Positions 17,991-28,954 of a stretch of DNA of 64,000 nucleotides are shown piece after piece (position 1 is the first letter of the stretch; each line of letters starts with the position of its first letter). The stretch covers positions 1,344,001 to 1,408,000 of the forward strand of contig CAVSBL010000002.1 in assembly GCA_963726255.1 (NCBI GenBank), given 5' to 3'. Both the position numbers and the translations under genes were made by a program. Origin of the DNA: Candidatus Bathyarchaeota archaeon (GTDB lineage: Archaea; Thermoproteota; Bathyarchaeia; 40CM-2-53-6). The notes under the pieces are model-generated. The model worked only from the letters and a program-made list of their open reading frames with translations, was not told the origin of the DNA and made no database searches.

Positions 17991-18455
17991 GTGCAGATGG
18001 ACTTGTATCGGTGGAAACATTTCGAAGTTTCTAACTCTACTCTGGCGGCCTTCGGAGCTGAGCGGCTGAAGAACCAAGTTGCATATCTGGCAACTGTAGG
18101 TGAAAATGGACGGCCACGAGTACATCCAGTAGGGCCCATCATTGGAGAGGGATTTTTGTTTGTATATATGGAGCCAACGTCACCCAAAGCGCACGACCTC
18201 AAGCAAAATGGATTATACGCGTTACATCCGTCCGTCAGTGATGTAAATGGAAGTAATGGTGAATTCATGATACGCGGACAAGCGACACTGATTGACGATC
18301 CTGAAATTCGCGCCATAGCCTCGAACCTAAGAAGACCTAAAACAAGCTACATTCTGTTCGAACTAGGCGTTGACGAAGCAATCGCCACGATCTACGTGAA
18401 CAACAAGCCATCAAGAACGAGATGGAAAAGAAATGACCAACCGTCCCTCGCCTAG
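17991..18455 (+). CDS. pyridoxamine 5'-phosphate oxidase-like split-barrel flavin/F420-binding protein
   Basis: AYLATV...GRPRVHPV, SPKAHDL. Confidence 0.75.
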   Translation: MQMDLYRWKHFEVSNSTLAAFGAERLKNQVAYLATVGENGRPRVHPVGPIIGEGFLFVYMEPTSPKAHDLKQNGLYALHPSVSDVNGSNGEFMIRGQATLIDDPEIRAIASNLRRPKTSYILFELGVDEAIATIYVNNKPSRTRWKRNDQPSLA

Positions 18456-18594
18456 GCACTTCGTGAGTGTGGGTTGTAGATTGGTTTGCTCTCGGTGAAG
18501 AATGTGTGACATTAGAGGCTTGAAGCGTCGCTAGCGCCTCAGCGTAACTTGTAATGTCATTCGTCCTGTACAGAGTCTAGCTGCTTCTGCAGCA

Positions 18595-18783
18595 TTAATT
18601 GACGTCAAGCACCGTTTGGAGTGATTTCTCTACTGTTACTCGAATTTCTGTTTCAGCCGGAACCGCTGGCTCGATTGTCTGTTTTTCAACCTTTACAGAA
18701 TTCCGCTTTCCGCAGAACGCACAGCTGATTTCGCCCAGCCAGACTTTCCTCCCTTTCTTATCATTTTCTGACACAACCATCAC
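18595..18783 (-). CDS. small hypothetical protein with one CxxCG knuckle
   Basis: GGAGAGGTG RBS; ISCAFCGK. Confidence 0.55.
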   Translation of the reverse strand: MMVVSENDKKGRKVWLGEISCAFCGKRNSVKVEKQTIEPAVPAETEIRVTVEKSLQTVLDVN

Positions 18784-19296
18784 CTCTCCAGATAATTGCG
18801 GGAATTCTCTAATCCATTTCTGCCCTTCCTTACGCGAGCGATGATAACAATAATGAATGGCAATAATGAAAAGTCCCTTATCCTGCGCATGTAATTTTGA
18901 CAGAAAGCCACAACTACAACCAAATCGAGTTTGGAATGCTGCAAAACTGACTATTCTCGGCGTTCAAGGTTCCAGTTCATCTGGAAATAACAAAAGTAAC
19001 CCCGCTCCTGCATCCTGGACTGATTTTCTATACAAGCGTTATTTCGTCTCGTAATCACTAACCTCATGCGTATAGAAATGCAGAAACCGTCGGGATCTCA
19101 AAAAAGGAGATTGATTGAGGAAACGCGGGCGCGTTTAGCATATATCATCGTTCGCAAACGTGAATAGCTCCTTGCTGTGTCGGCACACCATCCAACTCGC
19201 ACAGGAGAGAACCACAATAACGGTTGTTGTACGGTTTTTGGTGGGATTGCTTCCCTGCCCAAGATTCCGTTAATCGAGGACTTGACTACGGGTTCC

Positions 19297-19344
19297 TCAA
19301 ATCGAGAAACAGCCGGCGCGCAGAGTTGCAACTTCTTGACTCAT
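19297..19344 (-). pseudogene. msrA: msrA 5' remnant
   Basis: MSQEVATLRAGCFSI-stop vs intact [15 protein letters not shown]. Confidence 0.65.
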
Positions 19345-19492
19345 GCTTCCAAGCTATTGTGAATTGGACGTATAAACAAAAACCATTGAACGGTTCTGTT
19401 AGGTTCTTGGGTGTTGGTTTGACTGTTAAGTATCGGGTGATGATGCTTTTCTAGATTCCATGTTTGTGCCACCATGATGAGTGTTGAGGATG

Positions 19493-20458
19493 TCATTCAA
19501 GCCTTAGCGTGGTATGGAGTTTTCTGGACAGGTTCTCGAGGTCTTGGACGACGTAGAAGAAAGCCATCCACGACCACTTACCCCACCGACGGATCCCTTC
19601 CCGTTTCACGACCTCAACCGCTTCCCTGCTGTTCTCAGGCTCCTTTCCGTAGAACAATTTTCCAAACACGGTTGCTGACCAGACATCGATTGGGAAACCT
19701 CCCGGGCGGTTAATCATGTCGGCAGAATAGTCGCCTATTCCCGGCAGTTCCATCAACACTCGTCTTGCTTCTTCTCGTGTGAGCGCTTTCAGTTCAGCAA
19801 GTGTCGGTCCGGAGTTCCTTGACATCATCTTTGCCAGCTTCACTAAGCGTTTGGCGCGGTAACCTACCTTGCAAGTTTTCGCCAGCTGCTCAGCTGTGAG
19901 TCTACTGATGCGCATGAACGTTGGCCAGATCCGGATGCGCCTTCCGTCGAACTCGGCCGTCTGACCGTACTTTGTTATTACACAGTTCATCATTTGGTTA
20001 CCTCGCTTGATGCCGGTCATCTGCAGCAGAATTGCGAGGGTTGCCCGCGCGAACAGTGAACTTGAAAACGTGTCGTGCATTCCATATAGGTCCGTAATTA
20101 CGTGCCTCAGTATGGGGTCGTTACTTGCAAGCGTGTAGAATGGAGCTAGGTCTTCATTCACCCCTAATAGGTCATTCAACCCCTCCTTCACATTCTCTCT
20201 CATAGCCGCAATCGCGTGCCTCTTGGTGAATACGTCTGCTCTCAGGAGTGGGTGATCGGTATTCCCAAGCGATCGAAGTTTAACGCCTACCAGTTCGTCG
20301 TTAAGGTGTAGGGCTGACCATAGCGTCTCATTCTCGTACACTTCGAAGGGAGTGAAGAGAGACCAGCCTGATGGTTTCTCCACCGTGAGCTTGAAACAGT
20401 AAGGGCTGACAGGCTTAACCTGATACGAGAACCGATGGGGTAACTTCATCTGCGCCAC
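19493..20458 (-). CDS. HhH-GPD DNA glycosylase (AlkA/Ogg-like)
   Basis: GYRAK, LMELPGIGDYSAD (HhH), FPIDVW. Confidence 0.85.
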   Translation of the reverse strand: MAQMKLPHRFSYQVKPVSPYCFKLTVEKPSGWSLFTPFEVYENETLWSALHLNDELVGVKLRSLGNTDHPLLRADVFTKRHAIAAMRENVKEGLNDLLGVNEDLAPFYTLASNDPILRHVITDLYGMHDTFSSSLFARATLAILLQMTGIKRGNQMMNCVITKYGQTAEFDGRRIRIWPTFMRISRLTAEQLAKTCKVGYRAKRLVKLAKMMSRNSGPTLAELKALTREEARRVLMELPGIGDYSADMINRPGGFPIDVWSATVFGKLFYGKEPENSREAVEVVKREGIRRWGKWSWMAFFYVVQDLENLSRKLHTTLRLE

Positions 20459-20497
20459 GAACCGAAACTAAAGAGGAGACGATTGCTTGGATGGGAG

Positions 20498-20881
20498 TTA
20501 TGTGAATTGCCAGAGCCCGACTACGTTGCCTTCTGTGTCCCTGAAGTATGCTGCGAAACCGAAGTTTCCGACGGGCGTTCTTGGTTGGATGACTTTGCCT
20601 CCGTTCTGCTCGATAGTTGCCGCTGCCTCGTCAATGCTCTCCACGCTAATGTAGATGACGGGGGACTTAACTGAGTCACGCCGCTCCAACAGGCCACCGT
20701 TTATTGCGCCGGGTTCCTTTGGCTTTCCTCGAACTCCGAGCCCATCAGCCTCAACGGTTCCGACTTGTGTGTAATGCATCTCTGGAATCTCGTTCATTTT
20801 CCAACCAAAAACTGTACCGTAGAATCTCCTTGCGCGCGCTAGGTTGTCCGCTGGTATTTCGAAGAATATTACCTTGTCCAA
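20498..20881 (-). CDS. VOC-family protein
   Basis: FEIPADN..RA..FY...FGW, FRDTEGN. Confidence 0.85.
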   Translation of the reverse strand: MDKVIFFEIPADNLARARRFYGTVFGWKMNEIPEMHYTQVGTVEADGLGVRGKPKEPGAINGGLLERRDSVKSPVIYISVESIDEAAATIEQNGGKVIQPRTPVGNFGFAAYFRDTEGNVVGLWQFT

Positions 20882-20915
20882 ATCCTCACCTCCAACAGTT
20901 TAGTCACACCTGAAC

Positions 20916-21866
20916 CTATGAGGGTTGCTGGTTCGTAGAAACTTGCAGGACAAGTTTCCCACGGTTGTGACCTTGAAGGCCCCGCTCGTATGCCTCGCGG
21001 GTGCGAGAGAGTGGATAGACAGCTTCGACTATGGGACGAACGGTGCCTCCGTCGATTAGCTGAGAGATCTGAGTGAGCTGAGTCCGGTTCGGCTGTACGA
21101 GAAAAGACACTCCACGTACGCCGTACTTAGTCGCTTTCGCTTCAGGAGCGTCACCAGCAACCGTAACCAGAACACCGCCTCTACGCAGAATCCCCCAAGA
21201 ACGTTCCAGCGTCTCACCGCCAACTGTATCGAGAATCATATCCACATCTCGAATCTTGTCCTCGAAACGAACAGCGGTGTAATCCAGAACCTCGTCTGCG
21301 CCTAATTCACGCAAGAAGGCATGCTTGGTTCGAGAAGCAGTTCCGATGACGTGTGCCCCGCGCCAGTGCGCAAATTGAACTGCCCACGTACCCACTCCAC
21401 CCGCTGCGCCGTGGATCAAAACGCGGTCGCCTGCAGACAAGTTTGCATGATCGAACAAAGCCTGTCATGCTGTCAGTCCTGACAATGGTACGGCAGACGC
21501 GTGAACATGGTCGAGGGACCTTGGCTTTGGAGCCAGGTCGGCGGCTCGCGCTGTGACGTATTCGGCCGCTGCCCCGTCTCGCCAGAAATCTAACAGGCCA
21601 AATACGGCATCGCCTACAGATACGTCGGATACACCAGAAGCCACCTCCTCCATCGTGCCTGAGACTTCGAAGCTTGGCACGACAGGCAACCGATCCTTTC
21701 CATCAGAGGTAGTGAAAGTCGAATTCCAAGTGAATTCGGTCGGCGTGATAGCAGCTGCATGAACCCTGATCAGAGCGTCTCCCTTAGCGATTTTCGGAAC
21801 TGGCGCATCTTCGTAAACTAGCTCCTCCGGGCCCCCACGGGAATGGATCCTAACGGCTTTCATCAA
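20916..21866 (-). pseudogene. NADP-dependent MDR-family oxidoreductase interrupted by one in-frame TGA (21465-21467)
   Basis: Both halves are in the same frame: SGLTA*QALFDHA where the family consensus is GLTAWQAL; HGAAGGVG motif. Confidence 0.8.
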
Positions 21867-21974
21867 ACTCTACACCCTTCGCTAAGATAGTGAACAGCGA
21901 TTCTTAATCCCGTCCCTACACCGAAGAGGAATTTCGACAAGGTTAAGCACTGCCTTGACGAATTTCAACCAGCC

Positions 21975-22901
21975 ATGCACCGCCTCGACGACCTTGACGT
22001 TAGGATAATGAAAGAACTGGGTAGCCCCAACTCGTTTCAATGGAACGTCAGAGAGACCTATTCGAACATAGCCAGAAGGGTCGGCGTCGATGAAGAGACC
22101 GTCAGGAGGAGACTCAAGCGAGCGGAAGAGCGAGGATCTTTGCCTGGCTGGAGGATGATGGTCAATCCGCACTTGATAGGATGCGAAGCCGCCAGCCTAG
22201 ACCTGGAGGTTGAAGACGAAGAGAAGAAGGATAGCACGATTGCCGAGATCAGGCGGATCGATGGGGTCATAAAGATACTTGACTTCCGAGGAAGAGGACT
22301 GCAGGTGACGCTGTACTCTCAGAACACGGACGCGCAGAGAAGGAAGACGGAGCTCATCGGCTCGATCTGTGGTTCTTCAGAAACAACCGTTTGGGAACTG
22401 GGTTTTCCTCACTCAGACGTTCGGATGATGAGGACTGACTGGAAGATAATGCAGGAGATGCTGGGGGACGCAAGGAAGAGTCTTGAAGATGTCTCGGAAT
22501 CCGTAGGTGTGTCAGTCCGGACAGTCGAAAGACGGTTGACGTCAATGAGGGACGGACGCGCGGTCTATCTGCAGGGTATTCCCAACTTTAGGATGTTCGC
22601 GGGCCTAAGCTGCGTCTTTCTAGTGTTCTGTCCTGATGCAAAGAGAAAGAGTTTGGTCGATGAACTCATGCTCTCCAAGGTGCGCAGAATTGAGCTCGCC
22701 AATACTGGTTCAGCCCAATATTCGACATTCGTAATGATCTTCGACAATCTCTCAGAAGCTGATGACACCACCAAATGGATTAGGGGTCTTGACGGCGTCA
22801 CTAGTGTAAAGATGGGCATAATGAAGGAGCTTATCGTCGTGCAAGATTGGCTCGGAGATGAGATAAGTAAGCGAATAGCAACGGATTCATTTGACGGATA
22901 A
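21975..22901 (+). CDS. tandem Lrp/AsnC-type transcriptional regulator
   Basis: Two wHTH motifs (IARRVGVDEETVRRRL; VSESVGVSVRTVERRL), each followed by a RAM-like domain. Confidence 0.8.
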   Translation: MHRLDDLDVRIMKELGSPNSFQWNVRETYSNIARRVGVDEETVRRRLKRAEERGSLPGWRMMVNPHLIGCEAASLDLEVEDEEKKDSTIAEIRRIDGVIKILDFRGRGLQVTLYSQNTDAQRRKTELIGSICGSSETTVWELGFPHSDVRMMRTDWKIMQEMLGDARKSLEDVSESVGVSVRTVERRLTSMRDGRAVYLQGIPNFRMFAGLSCVFLVFCPDAKRKSLVDELMLSKVRRIELANTGSAQYSTFVMIFDNLSEADDTTKWIRGLDGVTSVKMGIMKELIVVQDWLGDEISKRIATDSFDG

Positions 22902-23823
22902 CGCTTACGGATTTGAGTTCGAATCTTCTCGTGGCTTTGTTCTCGTGTTTTCGCTGTTTGAATCATGTGATCGCCTGTGGGTCAGTGCAGTGTTTTGCAT
23001 TACTGAAAATTCTCACTGCGATGATATTCACAACTATGAGTCAGCGACAGAAAGGATAATTCGTGCCAGACGCGCTCATATTACGGTGAGATTCTTGCAG
23101 CAGCGGATAATTCCGGACGTCGAAAATCTGGAAACGGCAATGAAGATAGTGAGAGATGTCGAGTTAGCATATCACCGGACGATAGAAGAGAACATCTCCT
23201 ACTGGTGGGCAGTTGAGGAGGACATCATAGAAAGCTACACAAAACTGATGAACCAGACAAACGACGAGAGGGTTAAAGCAACGCTTTCCAAGATCATTCC
23301 CGACTTGAAAAGTCATGTTGAAGTTTTAGAATCGATGAGAGAGAGTTTCAAGAAGATTTTGGCAGACGTCAAGAACCATGGCGAAATGATTCAGGCACTC
23401 TACTTTGAAGAGCCGAAGCAGCCCGTCGGGATGGTCGTTGACGAAGCAAGGTCAAAACAGCAATGCGAGGAGCTTGAAAGGGTGTGGGTAACCCTCAATG
23501 AAGCCGCGGCCGAATTGGGAAAACAAATCACTACTCTTCCACCCGACATCGGAGTATCATTGAGAGGGATACGGGCACTCATCAACCTCTGCAAGTCACA
23601 CCCGAAGCTGGATCAATTGACCCCGGGCGAGCTTGATGCATACGAAGGATTCTGCGTAACCTGCTGCGGAGCCGACGTCGTTGCTCGCATTAAATGTGAG
23701 TTACGAAATGCCCAGGACATGATAATCCTCAAGGCAATGAACGAGCTTGGAAGCGACTACGCTGTAAGGCTGCAACAAAAAACCCTCAAGTCGTGGGAGG
23801 CAGGGAAGATCCTCGAAGTCTGA
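22891..23823 (+). CDS. ferritin-like helical domain fused to a DUF2096-like domain (true start probably ~23086-23140)
   Basis: EEDIIESY.KL...LSKIIPD.KSH..VL; C-terminal ERVWVTL...PPD....LR...ALIN...LG.DY. Confidence 0.5.
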   Translation: MTDNAYGFEFESSRGFVLVFSLFESCDRLWVSAVFCITENSHCDDIHNYESATERIIRARRAHITVRFLQQRIIPDVENLETAMKIVRDVELAYHRTIEENISYWWAVEEDIIESYTKLMNQTNDERVKATLSKIIPDLKSHVEVLESMRESFKKILADVKNHGEMIQALYFEEPKQPVGMVVDEARSKQQCEELERVWVTLNEAAAELGKQITTLPPDIGVSLRGIRALINLCKSHPKLDQLTPGELDAYEGFCVTCCGADVVARIKCELRNAQDMIILKAMNELGSDYAVRLQQKTLKSWEAGKILEV

Positions 23824-24039
23824 TACGGGAGTTCTTACGTCTTGAGGCCGCGAGAGAAAATGATGAAATCATTGGAAGCGACAAAACCGCTTACAGCTTG
23901 AACATGATCGGGCGCCTCAACGACCAGCGGTCTCCGACCGCACACTGTATTTATGTACAATCCAAAATATATAATCGTAAATAGGGTACCAGCATCATCT
24001 ATATACGCGGTTATCAGGCACAGGGCATAAAGGTTCTAT

Positions 24040-25242
24040 TTGCAGCGAACGCGCCCTCGGTCCCAAGCTGCTGCTCTCGAACAACCCGTCTTCGACTCTA
24101 CGGAGAAAACGGCGACGAAGATCGACCCCACGCTGTCGTCAAAACTCCAGAAACTCGGTGCAACACGACTTGTCCGATGCTACAATTGCGGCACGTGCAC
24201 AGCGATCTGCCCTCTCTCGGAAGAAAATGCTGAGTTCCCCCGGACGCTGATAAGATATGCGATAATTGGGGCCGAAGAGAAGCTACTTTCATCCCCCGGG
24301 CTCTGGTTATGTTACTACTGTGGCGAATGCTCCGACAGTTGCCCAAGGGACGCTGACCCCGGCGCCTTCCTCATGGCTGCTCGAAGGTATGCTACCAGGC
24401 AGTACTCTTGGGGAAGGGTGGCCTCTGTTTTCTACGATAACCAGGTTTCGTCAGCAGCAGGAATTGTAGCGCTTACTCTAATTGCTATTTTCGGCTTTCT
24501 GTTGATGATGGGTAACCCGACCTTCAGCTCCCCCAACTTGCAGGCTCTCTTTTCTTTCCAGGTCTTGCATGACGTTGGCCTCGTGCTGGGGGTTCTGGTG
24601 GGTCTAAGCGTGTTAGCGAACGTCGCAATTATGATGCGATGTTTGCATTTCGACGGTCACAGAGAAGTTCCAATTGCCCGTCGACTTGGGATCTGGGTCT
24701 CCAGCCTTGTGAATTCCTTAGTAAGGTCGGCCTTGGCTCAAACCAATTACCTGAAGTGTACAAACAGGAACCGCTACCTAGCCCATATGGCCTTGTTTTG
24801 GGGATTCGTTGGGCTTGCGGTAGCCACGACGGTTGATTTCGTGATTGGCCTCGGCAAGGTTCCGCTTTACCCGGTTCCACCTCAACGAATGTTGGGCATT
24901 CTGAGCGGTATTGCGTTTACAGCCGGCGCAGGATACTATCTCGTGAAGCGCTTTAAGAAAGATGAGCGACACGTAAAGTTGAGTCATTTATCGGACTGGA
25001 CATTTGTTGTCTTAATGCTGCTTGCCGGTGTCTCCGGTCTGCTGCTTACTTTGTCGATGTACGAGGACTCTGGTATAGCTGCAAACTCACTTTATGCAAT
25101 TCATTTGGTGATAGTTTTCGACCTCATCCTTTTGGCGCCATTCACTAAGTTTGCCCACGCAGTCTACAGGCCTCTTGCAATATGGATCAACCAAGCGGAA
25201 ACGAACTTCCTGATGCTCAGAGCAAAGGAAGGTGTCAGGTAG
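24040..25242 (+). CDS. qmoC: QmoC-like protein: 2x[4Fe-4S] domain plus NarI-type heme b membrane domain
   Basis: CYNCGTCTAICP, WLCYYCGECSDSCP; TM histidines (AHMALFWGF, IHL, TKFAHAVYRP). Confidence 0.8.
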   Translation: MQRTRPRSQAAALEQPVFDSTEKTATKIDPTLSSKLQKLGATRLVRCYNCGTCTAICPLSEENAEFPRTLIRYAIIGAEEKLLSSPGLWLCYYCGECSDSCPRDADPGAFLMAARRYATRQYSWGRVASVFYDNQVSSAAGIVALTLIAIFGFLLMMGNPTFSSPNLQALFSFQVLHDVGLVLGVLVGLSVLANVAIMMRCLHFDGHREVPIARRLGIWVSSLVNSLVRSALAQTNYLKCTNRNRYLAHMALFWGFVGLAVATTVDFVIGLGKVPLYPVPPQRMLGILSGIAFTAGAGYYLVKRFKKDERHVKLSHLSDWTFVVLMLLAGVSGLLLTLSMYEDSGIAANSLYAIHLVIVFDLILLAPFTKFAHAVYRPLAIWINQAETNFLMLRAKEGVR

Positions 25243-26569
25243 AGTGAAACCCGCTCTTGTTGTGGGTGGCGGCATAGCGGGCATACAAGCAGCCGTCGAC
25301 CTAGCTGAGCAAGGCATCAAGACGTACTTGGTTGAGAAGACGCCAAGCATCGGGGGAAGGATGGCCCAACTTGACAAAACGTTTCCCACTCTGGACTGTG
25401 CATCATGCATACTGACTCCTAAGATGGTCTCCGTCGCCAAGAACGACAACATTGAACTCTTAACCTACGCCGAGGTTCAGGAAATAAAGGGAACCGCAGG
25501 CAACTTCACCGTCAAAGTTCTCAAGAAGCCCAGGTATGTCGAAGTGGAAAAGTGCCTTGGGTGCGGAGAGTGCATTACCAAGTGTCCCATGTCCGTGCCA
25601 GACGAATTCAACCTTGGAATGAAAAATAGGGGAGCAATCTATTGGCCATTCCCACAAGCAGTTCCTCTCATCGCAACTATAGACGCTGAGCACTGCTTTT
25701 ACTTCACGAGAGACAAGAAATGCCGGATTTGCGAGAAAATCTGTCCAACTGAGGCAATCAACTTCAAACAGGAACCAGCAACAGTAGAGCTCAACGTTGC
25801 TTCGATCATAATCACGACTGGGTTCCAGCTGCAAGATCCCACGCAAGTTCCGGCGTACGGCTACGGGAAGTATGCAAACGTGCGCACGTCTCTCGAATTC
25901 GAGAGACTCGTTTCTGCCACGGGACCCACCGCAGGTCAAATTCTTAGGGGCACTGGCCCTGGGCAGAGCGACCCTCGTCACGTTGTTCTTGATAGGTCGC
26001 ATCCCAAGAGCATTGCATTCATCCAATGCGTTTGTTCGAGGGATGTACGGATGAACCCAAACTGTTCCGCATTCTGTTGCACAGCATCAGTGAAACAGGC
26101 AATACTCGCGAAAGAACATCTTCCCACAGTTGATTGCACTGTTTTCTACATGGATCTGAGAGCCTACGGCAAGGGATACCAAGAATTCTACAATAGAGCC
26201 GTAGGAGAGTTTGGGGTCGAATTCGTACGGGCGAGACCGGCCAAAATCGATGAAGTGTCGGAGACCAAGAACCTCGTAGTCACGTACGAAGACACTTACT
26301 CAGGACGCCTTGTGAAGAGGGAGTTCGAAATGGTCGTCCTTGCCCTAGGCGTGAAAATGAACGCCGTGACTGAATTCATAGACCTCCCTCTCGACGAGGA
26401 TGGATATGTCAAACTTTCAGGATCTTGCATGGATCCAGTCTCGACAAACGTGGACGGTATCTTTGCAGCTGGCGTAGCCGCTGGGGCCAAAGACATTCCC
26501 GACTCCGTCACACAAGCAAGTGCCGCCGCGATGCGGGCATCGATCTTAGCTGCGAATGGTGAAGAATGA
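25232..26569 (+). CDS. hdrA: short HdrA-like flavoprotein (QmoA-like; no N-terminal domain or C-terminal ferredoxin)
   Basis: GGGIAG, GGRMAQLDKTFPTLDC, inserted 2x[4Fe-4S], LEFER, CSAFCC...K, GAKDIPDSV. Confidence 0.85.
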   Translation: MSGRVKPALVVGGGIAGIQAAVDLAEQGIKTYLVEKTPSIGGRMAQLDKTFPTLDCASCILTPKMVSVAKNDNIELLTYAEVQEIKGTAGNFTVKVLKKPRYVEVEKCLGCGECITKCPMSVPDEFNLGMKNRGAIYWPFPQAVPLIATIDAEHCFYFTRDKKCRICEKICPTEAINFKQEPATVELNVASIIITTGFQLQDPTQVPAYGYGKYANVRTSLEFERLVSATGPTAGQILRGTGPGQSDPRHVVLDRSHPKSIAFIQCVCSRDVRMNPNCSAFCCTASVKQAILAKEHLPTVDCTVFYMDLRAYGKGYQEFYNRAVGEFGVEFVRARPAKIDEVSETKNLVVTYEDTYSGRLVKREFEMVVLALGVKMNAVTEFIDLPLDEDGYVKLSGSCMDPVSTNVDGIFAAGVAAGAKDIPDSVTQASAAAMRASILAANGEE

Positions 26570-28527
26570 TGAGCCAAGAGCCGAAAGTGGGAGTATACGT
26601 CTGTCACTGCGGAGTAAACATAGCTGGAACAATCAACGTCAAAGAAGTAGTAGAGTATTCCAGAACATTGCCCAACGTCGTCGACGCGAACGAATACATC
26701 TTCATGTGTTCAGCACCCGGGCAGGACCTGATCAAAGAGAGCGTAAAGAGAGGTATCAACCGGATTGTAGTGGCCGCCTGTTCTCCTTCCATGCATGAAC
26801 CAACATTCCGGGCTGCCATGACCGAAGCTGGGCTCAACCCATACCTCCTTGAAATGGTCAATATCAGGGAACACAACGCGTGGGTCCATTCCGATCAGAA
26901 GGTGAAAGCAACAGAAAAGACAAAGGACCTGATCAGGATGGCTGTGGCCAAAGCCCGCCTCTTGGAGCCCCTTGAGGAACTGCATGTCGGAATGCAGCCG
27001 GTCGCATTAATCCTAGGAGGAGGAGCAGCAGGGATCAGAGCCTCCCTCGACCTCGCCGAGAGAGGGTACAAAGTTCAACTCGTCGAAAAACTTCCCACTC
27101 TAGGAGGAAAAACCGCCAGACTAGGCAAGTTCCCAGATTCAGAAACAACTGGAGCCGGTCTCCTAGCACCCCTAATGGACGCCGTGACTCGCGACCAGAA
27201 CATTACATTACATATGAACTCAGAGGTGACAGGCGTTGATGGTTCGATAGGGTACTTCAAAGTCAAGGTGAGAAAGAACCCGAGATTCGTCAACGCAAAA
27301 TGCACGCTCTGCGAAGACTGCGCGCGTGTCTGTCCAGTGGAGGTCCCTAACGAATATGAGTATGGACTTTCCAAGCGAAAGGCCATCTATCTTCCCTTCA
27401 GCGAAGCTCGACCACGGATATTTGCCATAGACCCTGCCGCTTGCACAAAATGCGGTAAATGTCTCGAAGTCTGCCAACCTGGGGCGATCAACCTCGAAGA
27501 GCAGCCGGAAGAGGCTGAATTTGCAGTAGGCGGGATAATCATTGCAACCGGTTACGAACCGTATGAACCGTTAGTAGGAGAATTTGGATACAGGACCTCT
27601 GATAGAGTTCTGACACTTTTCCAATTGGAGAGGCTCCTAGACCCAGCGGGGCCCACTGAGGGCAAACTCCAACTACGAGGGGTTGTTCCGAAAACAATTG
27701 CGTTCGTAATGTGCGTCGGATCCTTGGGGACGACAGAGAACGCCCATGCGTATTGCTCGCGAATGTGCTGCGCGTCTGCCCTGAAGAACATGTTGAGAAT
27801 CAAGAAACAGTACCCTGAGACTGAAGTTTATGCAATATACAAGGACATCAGAACCTACGGAAGGCACGACGAGAAACTGTATGAGCAAGCAGCAGAGCAC
27901 TCCGTCAAGTTCGTTAATTTCGAAAAACCTCCGCTAGTGGGTCAGTCACAAGATTCCCAGAGGATTTTCGTTAAGGTCTATGATCCAACCATCCAGGAAA
28001 ACCTGGTGATCCCTGTTGATGCCGTTGTGCTTGCCGTCGGCATGTCTCCGAACAAGGACATGGACAAGATTCGAGCTCTCATAAAGGTAGGGTGCAGCCC
28101 CGAGGGTTTCCTGAGAGAAGCCCATCCCAAACTTCGCCCAGTGGAAGCTCCAGCAGACGGGATTTTCTTGGCCGGTACCGTCACGAGCCCCAAGAACGTG
28201 TTTGAGAGCGTGATGTCGGGAAGTGCTTCAGCAGCTAAGGCCTCAAGCTTATTCTCCAAAAGAGAAGTTGGGATCGAACCAATCATAGCTAAAGTGAACG
28301 AAGAAATCTGCAGCGGCTGTTCGATCTGCATCGCAATGTGCCCATACGGTGCAATCTCCAGAAAGAAACAGGGTGAGAAAAGAGTAGCTCAAGTCGACAC
28401 GGCTCTTTGCAAAGGATGCGGAGCATGCGTAGCCACCTGTCCGTCGGGGGCCATGCAGCAGGCAGGATTCAAAGATGTTCAAGTCATGGCTCAAATTGCG
28501 GCCATATCAGAAAGGGGGCATAGCTGA
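26566..28527 (+). CDS. hdrA: full-length HdrA-like flavoprotein (QmoB-like without fused MvhD)
   Basis: [25 protein letters not shown], two ferredoxin domains, HPKLRPV. Confidence 0.9.
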   Translation: MMSQEPKVGVYVCHCGVNIAGTINVKEVVEYSRTLPNVVDANEYIFMCSAPGQDLIKESVKRGINRIVVAACSPSMHEPTFRAAMTEAGLNPYLLEMVNIREHNAWVHSDQKVKATEKTKDLIRMAVAKARLLEPLEELHVGMQPVALILGGGAAGIRASLDLAERGYKVQLVEKLPTLGGKTARLGKFPDSETTGAGLLAPLMDAVTRDQNITLHMNSEVTGVDGSIGYFKVKVRKNPRFVNAKCTLCEDCARVCPVEVPNEYEYGLSKRKAIYLPFSEARPRIFAIDPAACTKCGKCLEVCQPGAINLEEQPEEAEFAVGGIIIATGYEPYEPLVGEFGYRTSDRVLTLFQLERLLDPAGPTEGKLQLRGVVPKTIAFVMCVGSLGTTENAHAYCSRMCCASALKNMLRIKKQYPETEVYAIYKDIRTYGRHDEKLYEQAAEHSVKFVNFEKPPLVGQSQDSQRIFVKVYDPTIQENLVIPVDAVVLAVGMSPNKDMDKIRALIKVGCSPEGFLREAHPKLRPVEAPADGIFLAGTVTSPKNVFESVMSGSASAAKASSLFSKREVGIEPIIAKVNEEICSGCSICIAMCPYGAISRKKQGEKRVAQVDTALCKGCGACVATCPSGAMQQAGFKDVQVMAQIAAISERGHS

Positions 28528-28528
28528 G

Positions 28529-28954
28529 ATGAGCAACGAGTTCGAACCGAAAATTGTACTGTTTGCATGCAATTGGTGCACTTACGCAGCATTGGACCTT
28601 GCGGGAACTAGCCGAATGAAGTATCCTCCGAATTTCAGAGTCATCAAAGTGATGTGCTCCGGAAGAATAGACCCACAATTCATCGTCGAAGCCTTCAAAC
28701 AAGGAGCAGACGGCGTTCTAGTTGCAGGTTGCCATCTCGGCGATTGCCACTACATCGAGGGTAATTACAAAACGATGAGACGCGTGACGCTGCTGAAGAG
28801 AATGCTAGATCAACTCGGGATAGAGAAAGAAAGGCTCCGGCTGGAATGGATCTCGGCGTCAGAAGCCGTGAAGTTCGTAGAGATCGCCAAAGAGATGGTC
28901 GAACAGATCAAAGCCCTCGGTCCACTGGCACCACGAATCCAGGTGAGCGCATGA
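28529..28954 (+). CDS. mvhD: MvhD [2Fe-2S] subunit
   Basis: [26 protein letters not shown]; start set at MSNEF. Confidence 0.93.
   Translation: MSNEFEPKIVLFACNWCTYAALDLAGTSRMKYPPNFRVIKVMCSGRIDPQFIVEAFKQGADGVLVAGCHLGDCHYIEGNYKTMRRVTLLKRMLDQLGIEKERLRLEWISASEAVKFVEIAKEMVEQIKALGPLAPRIQVSA

Noticed and set aside
18463-18495. Further copy of the GTGTGTGGGT repeat
   Set aside because: Only the left arm (GTGAGTGTGGGT) matches; the core and right arm do not.
21465-21467. Selenocysteine or genome-wide TGA recoding
   Set aside because: The position is a family Trp, not Cys. TGA ends many genes here, and the Hdr/Mvh proteins use Cys codons.
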